Positions 1-13,706 of a stretch of DNA of 64,000 nucleotides are shown here, in pieces. The first letter of the stretch is position 1; every line of letters begins with the position of its first letter. The stretch is from positions 152,336,001 to 152,400,000 of the forward strand of contig NC_058368.1 of assembly GCF_018350175.1 (NCBI RefSeq), in the 5' to 3' direction. Below the pieces are notes generated by a model. That model saw only the letters and a list, made by a program, of their open reading frames with translations. It ran no database searches and was not told the origin of the DNA. Source of the stretch: Felis catus. Lineage: Eukaryota. The position numbers and the translations under genes are program-made.

Positions 1-987
1 ATTGGGTTAACTCAGTGTCATAAACAGCATATTACATAGAAATATGCTTACTTTCTAGGAGCTTACAATCTGAAGCCTGATATTCATCATTGACATCATA
101 CATATTGTAGCATAAACACTTCCTAAATGAAGATTAGTTGCATATTAACAATGTAACCCCCTTATTATGCCCTCATAGAAAGTCAAAACTGTACAATTCA
201 TTATCAAAATAATCTTATTGTTAACTAAGTAATAATAAGCATAAAATCCCTAGGCATATTCAGGCTTAAGTCATGCACTATAATCCATACAGCACACATT
301 CTAGATGCTTCTGCATTATATTCAGCTCATTCTAGCCACACACTCCCTCCTAAACAGGTACAATAGCCTTGCAACCTCACTGCTTTCTTATAACCCCAGA
401 ATCTCTTCCCTCTCTGCTTCATGACAGGTCCTGTAGTTACTTAAATACCATTTGCTTCCCACCAACACCCACCCTCTCCCTCAGCCTAACTTCATATCTC
501 CTATTCAACTTTGGACTAGTTGCCAACGTTTCATTCAATTTAAGAAAGATTTGTTTATCTGTCCCTTAGGATCAGGATTTTTTTTTCTCCTGAAGGAGAT
601 GAGGGAAAGCTTGATCTTTCAATGATTATGATTTGGAATCAAGAAGCTACAAGACAATCAGAATTTTTAAATACCAAGGGTTTTCTACTCTCAGAATAGC
701 ACATAATTCCTGTAAGTTATTGTGCAAAAAGAGTCTCTGTCTCTTCTTTTCCCTTGTGATGCATTACAAAAGGCCTCTTACTGTTATCCTAACTCAATTA
801 GAACCTGGCCTCAGAAGGCAGAAGGTTATGTGCAAGAAGCCAGTATGGTGTAGGGCGTGTCAGGAAGAACAAATCCATCTTGCCATCATACAGATGAAGG
901 AAAATGTTGTCCTAGACCTCAAAAAAATGTATCTGAAAGCTAGCCTCATTAATGTTGATTCGCCAAAAGTGACATATATCAACAAAC

Positions 988-1040
988 AGAATCCTAGAAT
1001 CTTGTGGTTGTAAGGGGCTTGAGAGGTCATCTAGTCTAAG
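988..1040 (-). mobile_element. MIR3/MIR-like SINE relic
   Basis: agaatcctagaatc...ggggcttgagaggtcatctagtcta resembles the MIR3 end motif. Confidence 0.45.
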
Positions 1041-2594
1041 GTGGACCATGTAAAAATTCCTTTCAAGTGCCTTTCAGACAAGGAAATTAATTCGTTGGGT
1101 GAAGGTCAAGCATTTGAGGGAATGATCATCATTAAAGGATTGTATTTGCCAGGCACACAATCAGGCAAGGCATTGTATGAAGGGTTGAGATAGCATGTCT
1201 CTGAGACCTAGAACATTATGAAAAAGTTACTAAAGGAGCTAGCAAAGAGCAAGGGGCTAAATGGCATGCCTGAATCTGGTCAAGGTTAAAAGCAGAAATT
1301 ACTTTCCATGGAAAAATGACCAAATGTAAACTTCAAGTTACACTGACAAACTAAAGCAGTCTCAGGGAATTTAACAATCTTAGCTGTAAAGTGATGGGTT
1401 AACAATCTACACTTTCAGGGGGAAAAAAAAAGTAAGAGGCCAAAATAACAGTGATTTGAGCTAGGCATGAATATTCAATTTTGCCTATGATGAGAAGTTA
1501 CATTAATGATGTGAGGATTTAACTGACAAGTAAATGCTGAAAATGAAATCCTTAATGGAAAGAGAAATATTTTTCAGAAACCCATTGCAGATAATAAGTA
1601 AATTATTACCAACTTCAATAAAATATGATGATGAACACGTAAACCTTTAATGTCTAACATTAGGCATTACTGAACAATAGAGGTTTCAAAAAGATGAACA
1701 CCTTTTCATGTTGCTCCTTTTATTTTTAAAGTATCCACCTCTCCTTGAGATTTCTTTTAGCTACTAATAAAAGAAAAGCTGTTAGAGGGTTTTAAAGGTA
1801 TTCTTTACTTCTTAAAGGAATAAGGAAAAGTAGAAGTTTCCCTTTTTCCCCACTAATAAATGCAATTTTTCAAAGTAGTATGTGATTATATTTTTTGGAC
1901 ATGTCAGTAAACACATATTTATAAGTTGTAGATTAAATTTTTACCAATAAATAATATTTAGACCTCCACTAAATTAGGTATGAAACAGAATTTATTTTAC
2001 ATATTTTAAATACAAAAGTGTCCCGTTGTATTCAGTCAGTTACCTTGTGATTCTCAGGAGCGAAGAAGAAAAACCAAACCTTTCATGAGATTCTTATTCA
2101 CAGTGCTACTTCTCAGAGCAAAATTTATTTGAAATTCACAGTGGTTTGGCACTTCTGGAGGAAATGCCCAAGCAGAGGACCATTCATCAGTCAACTAGCA
2201 GTGCAGGTTTGGAGGGACCTTTTTCATTCCTGCTTTAGTATCAGCCTCTTACTGGGTTAGAAAACCATCAGGATGAAACCCATCAGGATGAAGATCAAAG
2301 ACCCCTCCTGAAGTAGAAGAGAAAAGGAAATCTGCAACTGAGGTAAGGTGCTAACTTCCACTATCTCCAGTGACTGAACTAAAATGAAAGAAAATAAGTT
2401 GGCCCAAAGTGGTGGGACCCTGGGAATCCTGGGAGTCAGAATTCCCAAGAGCTCTCTGGCTGCAACAGCCTTTGCACTTCAACAAATGTCTAATCAGAAT
2501 GGTAGAATCCCTCCTCCACATCATGATCTGAGAAAACTATTACCTGAGATACCTATTCCACCAAATACTTGGAATTATTCTCCTGACACTTTCT

Positions 2595-2822
2595 TTTTTT
2601 TTTTATTAAAATTTTTTTTCAACATTTATTTATTTTTGGGACAGAGAGAGATAGAGCATGAACGGGGGAGGGGCAGAGAGAGAGGGAGACACAGAATCGG
2701 AAACAGGCTCCAGGCTCTGAGCCATCAGCCCAGAGCCTGACGCGGGGCTCGAACTGACGGAGCGCGAGATCGTGACCTGGCTGAAGTCGGACGCTTAACC
2801 GACTGCGCAACCCAGGCGCCCC
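2595..2822 (-). mobile_element. Young full-length CanSINE (SINEC_Fc type)
   Basis: Reverse-strand GGGGCGCCTGGG head, A/B boxes, CT-rich tract and A tail; CpGs retained; perfect TSD tcctgacactttct at 2581-2594 and 2823-2836. Confidence 0.97.
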
Positions 2823-3558
2823 TCCTGACACTTTCTGCTGGAAATAATAATTTGGGAAAAGAGAGGTCACAAATTATTTGGAAAATAATTTCTTTTCTTC
2901 TCTTGATCCCATATTGAATTAATATGATTCTAATACCTTTGTTAAACTTCAAGATGGGAATGATCTCAAGAAATAAATTGTTTCAAAACTGACCATGATA
3001 TTACTTACCATAATAATGGTTCTGAGTAGTCCTGCATTAAAGAACTCTATATATTCTCAATGAGTACTTTTTATTGTATACAAGTATTCCTCTGGACACA
3101 CTTTGGGAAGTACTGTCCCAAGCAACAAAAAATGATATGAATCTTCCTTTAAGCAATATAAGACCTGGTATTTGCTTGTGACGTTTCTGTTTGCTCAGAG
3201 TTTCCTTTATCTTTCTAGTATATCTTAATGATTCGAGTTGAATCTAAAGGGAAAAGGAGCCCTTCTTCTATCAAAACTCAACTTGGATCACTGAATAAAA
3301 TTATAAAGAGGTTTAGTAATCTATTTTTTACAGAGATCAACCCTGAACTGTGATTCTCAGGAATCCTGATAAATGCTCAGGAAAAGGGTAATATGGCCAA
3401 AATCACATAGGACATAAGACCAGGACTAGCGTATGCACCTGCTTTTAACCCAGTATATTAACTCAGCAGTGGCCCAAGCCACAGACCCACTTTTTCTCTC
3501 CATCACTATCCAAGCCTGCCTCCTACTCATCCACTCCACTATTTTGCACTCTCAGAAC

Positions 3559-3606
3559 TCCTGATTTCTCAACCCACTCCCTTCCTGATTTCTCAACCCA
3601 CTCCCT
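3559..3606. repeat. Perfect 24-bp tandem duplication
   Basis: tcctgatttctcaacccactccct x2. Confidence 0.95.
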
Positions 3607-4158
3607 TTTCCCCTCTCTTTCCTGAATGATGCTTCTGGGCTGCTTCTCCCTTTCACACTTCAACTACTACCACCACCCTATTCTTTGTATTCTTGGATAC
3701 AAATCCTGTCCCTGACTTCCAGATCCATGCACTATCCTGGATCCATCCATTCCCTGGATCCATCTGAAAGAATCAAGCAGAATCCAGATCTTCAAACTAC
3801 TAATCCACACATCATTCTTCATATTAGATTCAGACTCACTGTCTCTTCAGTAAATACTCTCATTTATCTTATTCAGAAGAATAGTCAAGATGGCAGGTTT
3901 TCAGTTGGGGCAGGGGGTGGGGATTTGCAAACAGTTTAACATAGCAAAAAGTATTATTTCCACATATATGGTCTTTGAATTAACCAAATACAGTACTAAG
4001 CTTTTATTTTAGTTTTTAATTGAAAATTGTTTAATTAGCAACCAATTTATCACAATTTGAGTTTACATTGGCCAGGATGATCAGAGAGTTATCCAGTACA
4101 AAAAAGCAACAAACTTTCTTATGTAAGTAATGGAAATCCATGTGTTCCAGATAGGCAC

Positions 4159-4723
4159 TGTAGGAGGGGAAAAAACTTTTCCTCTACTCTCTTAGGTTTA
4201 GTGTCAGGGTCTGTGAATTAAACTGAGAAAAGACAGAGTAGAGAAAAAATAGTGTATTTATACATATAATGAGCATACACACAGGTGAACTCAGTGACGA
4301 GTAATTCAAAGGAGTAGTTAAAATTGCAGGCTCATATACCATCTTAACAAAGGGCAATAAATTAGGGAGAAATGACAAGACAAAGAAAATGGATTTGGGC
4401 TTCTAGGGATGGTAAATTGTGGAAAGGTAAACATGTGAGGGGAAACTAATGGAAGGTGAGAGCTATGTGAGTAAGGTTTGTTTATACTGACACATCTCAG
4501 TGCTAACTTTCTGCCTCCTATGATAAGGGTTGTTGTCCTCCTGGTACAAGAGAGGGGAGGGAAGCAAACCTGCACAAAAGGAAATGTATGCCCTGCTTTT
4601 TAGATAGAAAGAGGAAGGGAAGAGAGTTCTTCCTGTGTCACCTGTTTCTTAATTGCCTTCAACTCAAAATAATCCTTATGCCAAAGTGGCGTATTTTGAG
4701 GGGGCATATTCTTATTCCCTTCA
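4159..4723 (-). mobile_element. ERV1-class solo LTR (MER31/MER67/MER92-like group)
   Basis: Minus strand starts TGAAGGGAATAAGAATATGCCCCCTCAAAATACGCCACTTTGGCATAAGGATTATTTTGAG and ends ...CCTACA (TG...CA termini); flanks gcac/gcgt are compatible with a decayed 4-bp TSD. Confidence 0.75.
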
Positions 4724-5401
4724 GCGTAAAATGGAATGGGGGGAAAAAAAGGCTATGTACATTCAGAACTGTAGGGATAAAACATAACCAGCCTTTGACC
4801 TAGAAAAAATTGTATTTTAAAGTGATGGCTCTTTATTTCACTTAGTGTGAAGTGATATTTGATTCATATCATATGAACCATATTTGATTCTACAGAAAAT
4901 AAGAAGACTTACAAGTATAAATCAAGAGATTAAAAAGTGTGAATAATCCCTAAACTGTCTAGCCATAACATATCTGGACAACTTACTACATTAATCTTCC
5001 TCATTGGGAAGTGACACAAATGTGTAAATATTTGGGACCTGAAAACTTCAAGTAAAAAATGTTTATGCTCTATAAATAAATACCCTACTACTGGCAAAGT
5101 GGTCCTTTCATTTATTATAGCTGCTAATACACCTGAAAAAAATAACGAGTAGCTTTTTCCTAATTACAAAAAATAAGAATACCTAATGCAAGAATGAAAA
5201 AACAGATGCTTATGAGAGCAAATATTAGAGGAGAATTTATGTGATTTTTTCACTTAAAACTGATAGAAGGCCAGAATATGTGCTTATTCTGGTGATGGGT
5301 GTAGGGAAGAAGTGAGGAGCCAACAGAACCCAAGGGTAAACTTACAGAAGTCCAAACTAACTACAACAGCTTCTAGCCTCCTCTCCTTCCCTACACTCTT
5401 C

Positions 5402-5403
<2 letters not shown>

Positions 5404-5456
<53 letters not shown>

Positions 5457-5471
5457 TTTCTCTCTCTCTCT
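5404..5471. repeat. (CT)n microsatellite
   Basis: About 24 perfect CT units followed by a degenerate pyrimidine tract. Confidence 0.97.
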
Positions 5472-6929
5472 CCCCCTTTCCCTCTCCCTCTCCTGCTCCT
5501 TGTATTCAGTCTTTAGTTTCTTTTTTTTATCCATGGAACTAAGATTTGGGGTAACATGAATATTTTTTATTTTAGTCTCACCAGTTTTTATGTATATGAT
5601 GCTTCCTGCCAAATAGCTGAGCCATTAGAATTATAGATCTAGCCTGTAACACTGTGTGTTGTCCTTTAGTTGACCGTCTGCACCAATGAAAGGCACTGTT
5701 GTCAAGGCATGCCCCTTTGCCCTTGTGGTTACCATTTTACTCCAAAGGATTTCCAAGGGTGAGCTATTATATTGCTTCAGCTACTGTATTCACCCTACTG
5801 AGTCACATTTTGGCCAAAAGCCTAATAGAAGGCAGAGTCAATACTGAATTCAGATGAATTTATTCTTCAATATTTTTTAAAAGACACTTTTATAACAAGG
5901 CCCTACTGGCAATTAACAGCAATATAATTGACAGTTATAAAATCAAAATAACATAGACACATGTGTCATTTAATTTAAGTAATGCTTTAAAAGAAAAAAC
6001 ATTCTTATGTAAAGTGAATTCCTTTTAACCTGTCATTGATTTTAATCTAAATTCAGATACACATTCTCCTGGCAAAAGTTTGCCCTCTGTATGTGGTAGC
6101 AGTTATAACTTAGAATGTGGTTACTTACACAAAATCAAACATTTAAAGAAAAGTAACATTGTTCTTATAAAACACTAACAAAACCCTCAAAACTGTGCAA
6201 TATAACAAACAAAATACTATATAACAAAAATAAATAATAAACCTCTACTCAGAGAAACTCTGAAAATACATCTCATTATGCCTCATCTGATATTGCTTCT
6301 ACAGAGAAAGCAAATTCTAAATCTAAAATATTCTATTTCCCACAAGCCTCAAAATACTCCGATACTTTAGGCAATTGTCTTAATTTTTATATTTGTACTT
6401 TAAACACAATTTGAAGAAACTGATCTCTAAGCACTTGGGTTTAATAATTCTTGGAGCCATTTGGCTGCTAACTTGCTGTGTTACTCTGGACAATCCATTT
6501 TAAATCTCTGAATTTCAGTTCCACTTACAGAATTAGGAGTAACAGGAAGTACACACTTCAGTGGTTTTCACTGTAAGTTTCCCTAGAGATGCTTGAGAGA
6601 CAGTAAGAGAGAAGCTCAATTTTGTTTCTTTATGTACTCAGGCCCCACACAGGGACACCATGAAAAATGGGTTGTAGAGGATTCAGCTGACTTTCAAGGA
6701 ACCATCTTAAATAAACATACTACCTAAGTAAATATAGTATGCTAGCTATGTAAATACAGCTTCAAGACAAGACCTCAGCTACAACATACCCACAAACAGG
6801 TTGTTGCCCCTAAATCCTTCCATATAGAAATTCTTAAGCCACCACTGGACCCACTTACTATTTCATTTTTAAAATGTTTTTTGGGAGGTTTTGCTTTTTT
6901 TTTTTTGAAAATGACTAGTGTAATCAAAT

Positions 6930-7325
6930 GATCATGGATTTTACAGTTAGACCAGTGAGACACAAATTCCTCTTCTACTTTCTGTGAAACCCTGGTCATG
7001 TTTTTTATTATCTTAGAGTTTCGTTTAAAAAACATTTTTTAATGTTTATTTATTTTTGAGAGAGAGAGAAAAAAAGAATGTGAGCAGCGGAGGGGCAAAG
7101 GAAGAGGGAGACACAGAATCTGAAGCAGCCTCCAGGCTCTGAGCTGTCAGCAGAGCCCAATGCGAGGCTCGAAACCACAAACCATGAGATCCTGACTTGA
7201 GCTGAAGTCGGACACTTAAGTGACTGAGCCACCCAGGCACCTCTCAGTTTCTTCATTTTTAAAACAAGGATAATAATATCCAACTCACAACGTTTCTGGA
7301 GTGATTAATAAAATACTGCATGTAA
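6930..7325 (+). mobile_element. MIR relic interrupted by a CanSINE
   Basis: MIR core tcagtttcttcatttttaaaacaaggataataat...gattaataaaatactgcatgtaa resumes after the SINE. Confidence 0.6.
7027..7243 (-). mobile_element. CanSINE
   Basis: Reverse-strand CanSINE head, body and tail. Confidence 0.95.
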
Positions 7326-7847
7326 CTGGGATGTTAAAAATTGGGCGGCTTTCACTGGGCTATTAGAACTCCCCAGTCCTTTGAGCTGGCACATCCAAGA
7401 ATTCTCATATTTCCTGAGGCAATTATACTCATTGGTGTGGCTCTGGCTTCCTCAAATTTTACCTCTGCTTCACTCCACAGGAAAATCAGTCTCCATGTTT
7501 CAGTTTTCGCAAGCATTCATAAGTAAAGATACAATCACAAAAGGTGGTTCATGTATTTCTCTTCCTCTCCCACATCTTTCACTACCTTCCAATGCCTCCC
7601 TTCAGGATTGGCCTGGGAGCTCTAAATTTTTCTCTCTCTATTATGAAAAAAACCTTCTATTACTATAAAACCTTGGCAATAACTATTATTCATATCCTGA
7701 TTCCAGTCCTTACGTTGTACGTGCATTATTTTCAACAGTTACCAAAAATATACTTGTAAACAACTCTAGGCATTGTAATTATCTCCCCAACATTCATTTC
7801 ATCACTCTCTCATTATTCAGTAGTTATGCTAGTTAGATTTAGATAAA

Positions 7848-7950
7848 TGTCATTACTCAAAGTGTGACCCATGGGCCAGAAACTGTCAACATCACCTGGT
7901 AACTTGCTCAAAATGCAAAATCTCAAGACCCATTCCAGACTATTGCTTTG
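7848..7950. mobile_element. MER5-like hAT-Charlie MITE fragment
   Basis: actcaaagtgtg...catcacctggtaacttgctcaaaatgcaaaatctc. Confidence 0.6.
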
Positions 7951-8259
7951 GACCTACAGATAACCCCAACCTTTCTTGTTGCATGATCCTTGAGAGTTCA
8001 GGCAACTGTGTCTAAAACCAATCGGTGCCATAAATTCCTGGTTTCAAAACTCAGTCCAGAAGGTGGATAATACTAAGATTGTCCAATCAGAGTGATACTC
8101 AGGATTTCTGCTTTGCATTTACTAGCAAGGTCTTATCTACCCCACCACATCATCCCTCAAACATGAATAAGAAGGCATGGAAACCTGTTCTGTGCTGCCA
8201 TCTTGTAATGATGAAGGAAGAAACTGGAGGACAAATCCAATACCAAGAGGGTCTCAGTT

Positions 8260-8429
8260 GGAGTGCCTGAGTGGCTCTGTGAGTTGGGCATGTGACTTCA
8301 GCTCAGGTCATGATCTCATAGTCCATGAGTTTGAGCCCTGCAGCGGGCTCTGTGCTGACAGCCCAGAGCCTAGAGCCTGCTTTGGATTCTGTGTCTCCCT
8401 CTCTCTCTGCCCTTCCCCCACTCATGTTT

Positions 8430-8476
<47 letters not shown>

Positions 8477-8516
8477 AATAAACAAACATTTTTTAAAAAA
8501 TTAAAAAAAAAACACA
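8260..8516 (+). mobile_element. CanSINE with expanded (CT)n
   Basis: Full element; TSD aagagggtctcagtt/aagaaggtctcagtt (8245-8259, 8517-8531). Confidence 0.96.
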
Positions 8517-8627
8517 AAGAAGGTCTCAGTTAGTCTGAATAGAGTGGAACCAGAACTCTAATGAACTTCCCTCTGAAGCTCATCCTACCTTTCAACACAT
8601 AATTAAGCAAATTCACCTTCATTTTTA

Positions 8628-8894
8628 AGGCTGGGTGAAAAACCATGACCTAGAGTCAAATTTGGTTGGTACTGCTCCAAACTCAGAATGATTTTTGCAT
8701 TTAAAAAAAAGTGTAGGATAAAAAGAAGAAGGAAGAAAAGGAGAATGAGAATGAGGGAAGGGGAGGAGGAAGAGGAGGGGAGAAGGAGAGGAGGGGAAGG
8801 AGGGATAGGGGGAAGAGAAAGAAATAGACATATGGCCCACAAAACCTAAAATATTTACCATCTAGCCCTATACAGTTAAGGCTTGCTGACCCCT
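8628..8894. mobile_element. MER58-like hAT-Charlie MITE with an internal polypurine expansion
   Basis: End motif atggcccacaaaacctaaaatatttaccatctagccc...ttgctgacccct; purine-rich tract about 8720-8825. Confidence 0.7.
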
Positions 8895-9149
8895 AAGCCA
8901 ACTGAAGCATCCAAACAGATGCTCTCTTCACCTCTTCATGCATCCAAATGGCATAGCACTTAGCAAATTCAATTAGTATTAGTTCTCCCTACCACTGTCC
9001 TGCTAAATTCTCCCTGCTCTAAGATTCTGTGATATAATACCTAAAACTAGCAAGTGAAATATAGAAATACTATGTTATATTAAATCATATTTCCTTACAT
9101 CAATAATGCTTTTATAGATCTGTTGTACTATCAGAAGATTGTGTTGTAC

Positions 9150-9390
9150 TATACAGTGGTTAAGCACATAGTTCTAGAACTAGAATGCCCGAGACTCAAC
9201 CTGATCACTCACTAGCTGTGAAACCATGAGCAAGTTATTTAACTTGTCTATGCCTCATTTTCTCTATTTAAGTTGGAAATAATAGCCAAAGTACCTACCT
9301 CACTGTGTTGACATATGGTTAAATGAACTGTTATATATCAAGTACTCTAGATTGTGCCTAACACATGGTAAAACAAATAAAGTTTATCTT
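9150..9390 (+). mobile_element. MIR SINE, near full length
   Basis: cagtggttaag...actagctgtg...gcaagttatttaac...tgcctcattttctc...gtacctacctca...gtgcctaacacatggtaa. Confidence 0.85.
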
Positions 9391-10954
9391 TATCATATCT
9401 CTGCTTTACAATTTTCTAAAATGTTAAAATACCAGTCAAGATTCATCCTAATGTTGGTAAAGATATGTAACTGTTCAACAAATGTTCACAACTGTGGCGA
9501 ATAAAGAACAGATTGTTCCCAATACTACAAACTATCTCTAGCTGATCACTGATATTTTCATTCATGCTTTTAGCACATTGTTCTTGGGTCGTGATGGTTT
9601 GGGGTTGGTAAAAACATCCTTTGTTGTCTCCCAGTTCTCAAATTACAGGCACTGGGAAAGGAACAAAGAAGAAGACTAAAAAGGCACCTGAAGACATTGC
9701 TATTCAGCTTTCTCTTTTATTGGTTTAAATGCTAATCTGCCACTTCTGAAAACAAGAAATTTCCCCCAGAGAATTCCTTTTGACCTTTCTTAACTTCCTC
9801 TCCTTTCTTTCCCTCTGACTTTATTTTTAGATAGATATCAAACAGGAAATTCCAGTCCACTAGGAAATGGTGAATTTTCTAGCTAGAGATCAGAGGGTGG
9901 AGCCCAGTGGGAAATCAGTAATGGAGAACAGACTAGGGGTTTGGACAGGGGAAGAATGGATGGATTCTGGTGAAACAAGAGGCCATCTTCATTTCTTTTT
10001 TCTCCTCCTAGGGATGAAACCAGTAGCTTCCATCTATGCCTAAAGAACAACTTTTTAAAAAACAGACCAGTTGACTTAAGGCAAAATTCAAAAATCAAAA
10101 GACTGGCAAGACCTACAGAGCAGTTATAGCCACAGAACCATTCTAATGCCCCAACACCGGATGGATGAGGGTGTGTAGGGTACCGAGAGACATAACAATG
10201 ATTTGCCACTTACTGCTAAGTGTTGCCAAATGTGCTTTAAGTACCTCATGTACTGGAAATACACTGCAAATTACCTTCCTTATGTTGTGAATAGGAAAAG
10301 AAGCTTTTTCTTTCTTTCCTGTTTATACTATCGATCACTGCATATTCAAATCCACCTCTTCTGCCTTGTAAGAAATTGATGTCTAGGATGTACTTTATAA
10401 CACTTTGTACTTTTCGGATTTGAAACCGTAAAATGTCACACAGTATGACCTTTCTGAATGAGTTTATTAGCTTAATTGTAGTTTAAATTTCGTAAGCCAG
10501 AAAATACACAATCTTATACAACTACTAAATTTTTCACGAATTATTTGGGATTCTCAAAGATAGCATTATATAGCAAGTTGATTTTGGATTAAAGAATCAA
10601 CTGGAAACTTAATTCTACAGATTAATATTACTAAAGATCTCTAGCACTGGTTTCTGTAGTGTAAGACATCTGGAAGAAGGCTTCCAAGTTGAGAGACCAG
10701 CATCTTTGCTAAGGCTTGCACACAACAAAGTAAAAAACTGTTATATTTTTATATTACCAATCTGGTAAACTCACATAACAAATGTAGAAACTGGCCTGCT
10801 GATCATAAAATTCCTCCTTATAAAAATACTGATTCAGAAATGATTTAACACTATGAAACTGTGTTATGAAAGTAACACTATGAAAACGTTCTTAAAGTTT
10901 TAATCTATTAAAACTCATGAAAAATTAAGGTGCATTTTTAGTTTGTCCTCTCTT

Positions 10955-11200
10955 TTTTTAGTCAAGTAATACTTGCTTATAGTAAAAAAAAATGGAAACT
11001 GTACGAAAAGGTAAATATATCTATATATGTGACTCCCTTATACCACAGACACCATCACAGAGGAAACTATTACTAATGGTTTATTATATCCTTCCCCAAA
11101 TTTCAATACAATATAGCCATATATAACCTCTTTTAAACATGAATGAGATCATCTTCTGCACTTTGTTTTGTTTTGTTTTACTTAATAACATTTTTGGATA
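10955..11200 (-). mobile_element. Ancient L1 (L1ME-like) 3' fragment
   Basis: aagtaatacttgcttatagtaaaaaa...cagaggaaactattactaatggttt pattern typical of old L1 3' UTRs. Confidence 0.4.
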
Positions 11201-11569
11201 AACTCCCATCTAATCCTATAATCTTTTCAATCTAGTGATCAAATCCTAAAATCTAAATGCCAAAACATAAACACCAAGTGTTATTTATGCTTCTCAGTGC
11301 ACCTTCTACCTACCCATGTGAAGGATGGGTGGTCACAGATGAGAAACACACTGTTCAAAAAAGGTAAACACCTTTCTTTCTTGCTGAACTTTCCAGACTT
11401 CTGAGTGTACTAGTTTACATAGTGACCCAAAAGATTTATGCAATACACTACCTTTCACAAAGTAATTTAAGCAAGGGGTTTTCCCTCAGAGGAGTATGGT
11501 ATCCCAAAGAACACACTTGGGGAACTGCTTAGCTACAATATCTAGTTTCCTCATTCTAAAAATCTGGCA

Positions 11570-11700
11570 CATAGGTTATATTATGCCCATTTTATACAAT
11601 AATAAAGCTGAGACACAGAGAGTTTAAGAGACTTTCCTGTGATCATCAGCTGGGAAGTGACAGACTTGTCATCAATCCACCAAATCTATTGTCTTCTCTC
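11570..11700 (-). mobile_element. MIR fragment
   Basis: attatgcccattttatac...gctgagacacagagagtttaag...cagctgggaagtgacaga. Confidence 0.7.
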
Positions 11701-12235
11701 TGGACCACACAGAGTGCATCTTCCCTTTACCTTCACTAGCCACTAGTGATATTAAGGAAATATTTCTTGTCTTTAATCTAACTGAAGAGGCTGTACTTAG
11801 AAATATTTTGACAGTATAGGTCTGGACACCAGAAAGGCCAAAATCACACTATATATAAAATGTGCAACAGGATCTCAGAGAAGGAAGAAATAACAGTGGA
11901 CATAGGAGTCCAGGAAAGGCTGATCCATCTGACCTAGAGCATGTTAGTCATGTCCCATTGTGGTCCATCTCTTCAGCTAAAAATCTAAGATAATGCCTTT
12001 CTGGTAGCATTTCTAACCAGATAAATGAAAGCTTATACACAAAGCCTGACTTCTCAGTCAATGTTGGCTCTTATCGCCATCTTTAAAATTTGTTTCCAAT
12101 TTCCTTCCTCCCTTAACCATTATATTACTGGAAAAATTAATCATTTTGCAGGAAATTGTATATCCTTTCTGCATGATCCGCATAAATTTCTAGCTTCCTA
12201 GAATCCAAAAATGCTTAATCTTTACAAAATATTTT

Positions 12236-12443
12236 TTTTAATTTTTTCAATGTTTATTTTTGAGAGAGAGAGAGACAGAGCGTGAGCAGGGGAGGCACAG
12301 AGAGGGAGACACAGAATCCAAAGCAGGCTCCAGGCTCTGAGCTCTCTGCACAGAGCCCAAAGCCGGGCTCAAACTCACCAGCCGCAAGATCATGATCTGA
12401 ACTGAAGTTGGACACTTACCCGACTGAGCCACCCAGGTGCCCC
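12236..12443 (-). mobile_element. CanSINE
   Basis: Full reverse-strand element; approximate TSD aaaatattttt. Confidence 0.95.
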
Positions 12444-13299
12444 TAAAAAATATTTTTAAATAAAAATTCAAAACTATGCTTGAAGGTCTCCAAATCAAAA
12501 AGTATAAGTATTTGCCAATAAGTGTCAAGCCTTGTAATTTTTGCTAACAGATTAGAAAATGGAAATGGTAAGTTGGGCCTCAGATAATGAGGAGGGAGAG
12601 AGTTACGACATCAGGTCGGGAAGTGGCCTGGAGGAAAAGGAAGGCACAGGCTTCTCCCCTGAACCACTGAGCTGAGATAGAAAGCGCATGGGAGGAGATC
12701 AGGAGGTGTCTACTAGAGAGGGCATCAGCATAGAGGGTATTGCTCTTACTCCAAACTTTCCACATTTGGTATCAGAATTTCCCTGGAGTCACAGTTTTCT
12801 CTCTCTAATCACATCCATAGCCCCAGGAATAACAAAATCCTGAGACGTTTGGTTTCCAGCCTTTCCTTTTAGTTGCTCCCTTAAGTGTTAGCAACTTAAC
12901 CTACCTCTCCTATTTCCTGAATTTCTGGCACTGTGTCATCTTCCTTGCCATAGTCGTCTATGACCTCTTAGCTTTGGCAGAGATAATGCCATTTCTTGGA
13001 CTAGCGGGCCTCTTGCTCCAGGAAGACGCAATGTCTCCTCATGAATTCCTGTAGTAACATAATTTAACATCAACTGCATACTGCCATGATCAGTGCTTAT
13101 TTTATACTGGGCTGATCTCCCACCCACTCTCGCATTTACTGAATCTAGACACCTTAAATGGAGGAACCAAGTTGAGCTCCTCCATTTTTCAATTACCAAC
13201 TTAATATTCTCACCCTGAAATTTTAGCAAAGTTTTTGTAAGACATTCGAGAAAAGATTGTTAAATATCAATTTCTTATTTTGATTATACCAAACCCCTC

Positions 13300-13706
13300 T
13301 TCTGTGCCAATTTGTACATTCTGTCAGCTTTACCTAGTATTCCAACCAGTTCTGCAGCAACTATTTCTCTGCGGGCTTCAACGACCTTCAGAGTGACAGG
13401 AGTGTTCAGAGTGACAGGACCTCACTCTGAACAATGGGACAGAGGAGCCAAAGGATAAATATTTCCTCTATTCTTTCCACTATCAGTTCTGAGACATAGT
13501 TCTCATTGTTTCTCAGAAAGTTCTATGGAATTGAAAAATCAGTTGTCCATTGGCATGACCAACTTGATAACACATTGTTGTATGGGCTCTTCCTTCTTCC
13601 TGTTTCACTCCCCTGTCCTTGTCTCCAGCAACCTAAGATTACATTCTTACATAAACAACTCCCACATAGGCCTCTGCCTCCAGCTCTGCTTTTGAGGGCA
13701 AGTTGG
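13300..13706 (+). mobile_element. ERVL LTR (LTR16-like)
   Basis: 3' part ttccttcttcctgtttcactcccctg...ataaacaactc...ctctgcttttgaggg resembles LTR16 ends. Confidence 0.55.

Noticed and set aside
633..1013. 126-aa ORF
   Set aside because: Starts at TTG, has no recognisable domain or splice context, and is compatible with chance
2384..2952. ORFs with GAWVAQSVKRPTSA / ERERER-type peptides (here and at many other SINEs)
   Set aside because: These are translations of CanSINE and microsatellite sequence, not genes
2046..3362. Shared 14-mer tgtgattctcagga at two sites
   Set aside because: A few such matches are expected by chance in 64 kb of AT-rich DNA
9985..10130. Strong plus-strand acceptor tttctttttctcctcctag
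   Set aside because: All frames close and no convincing donor follows
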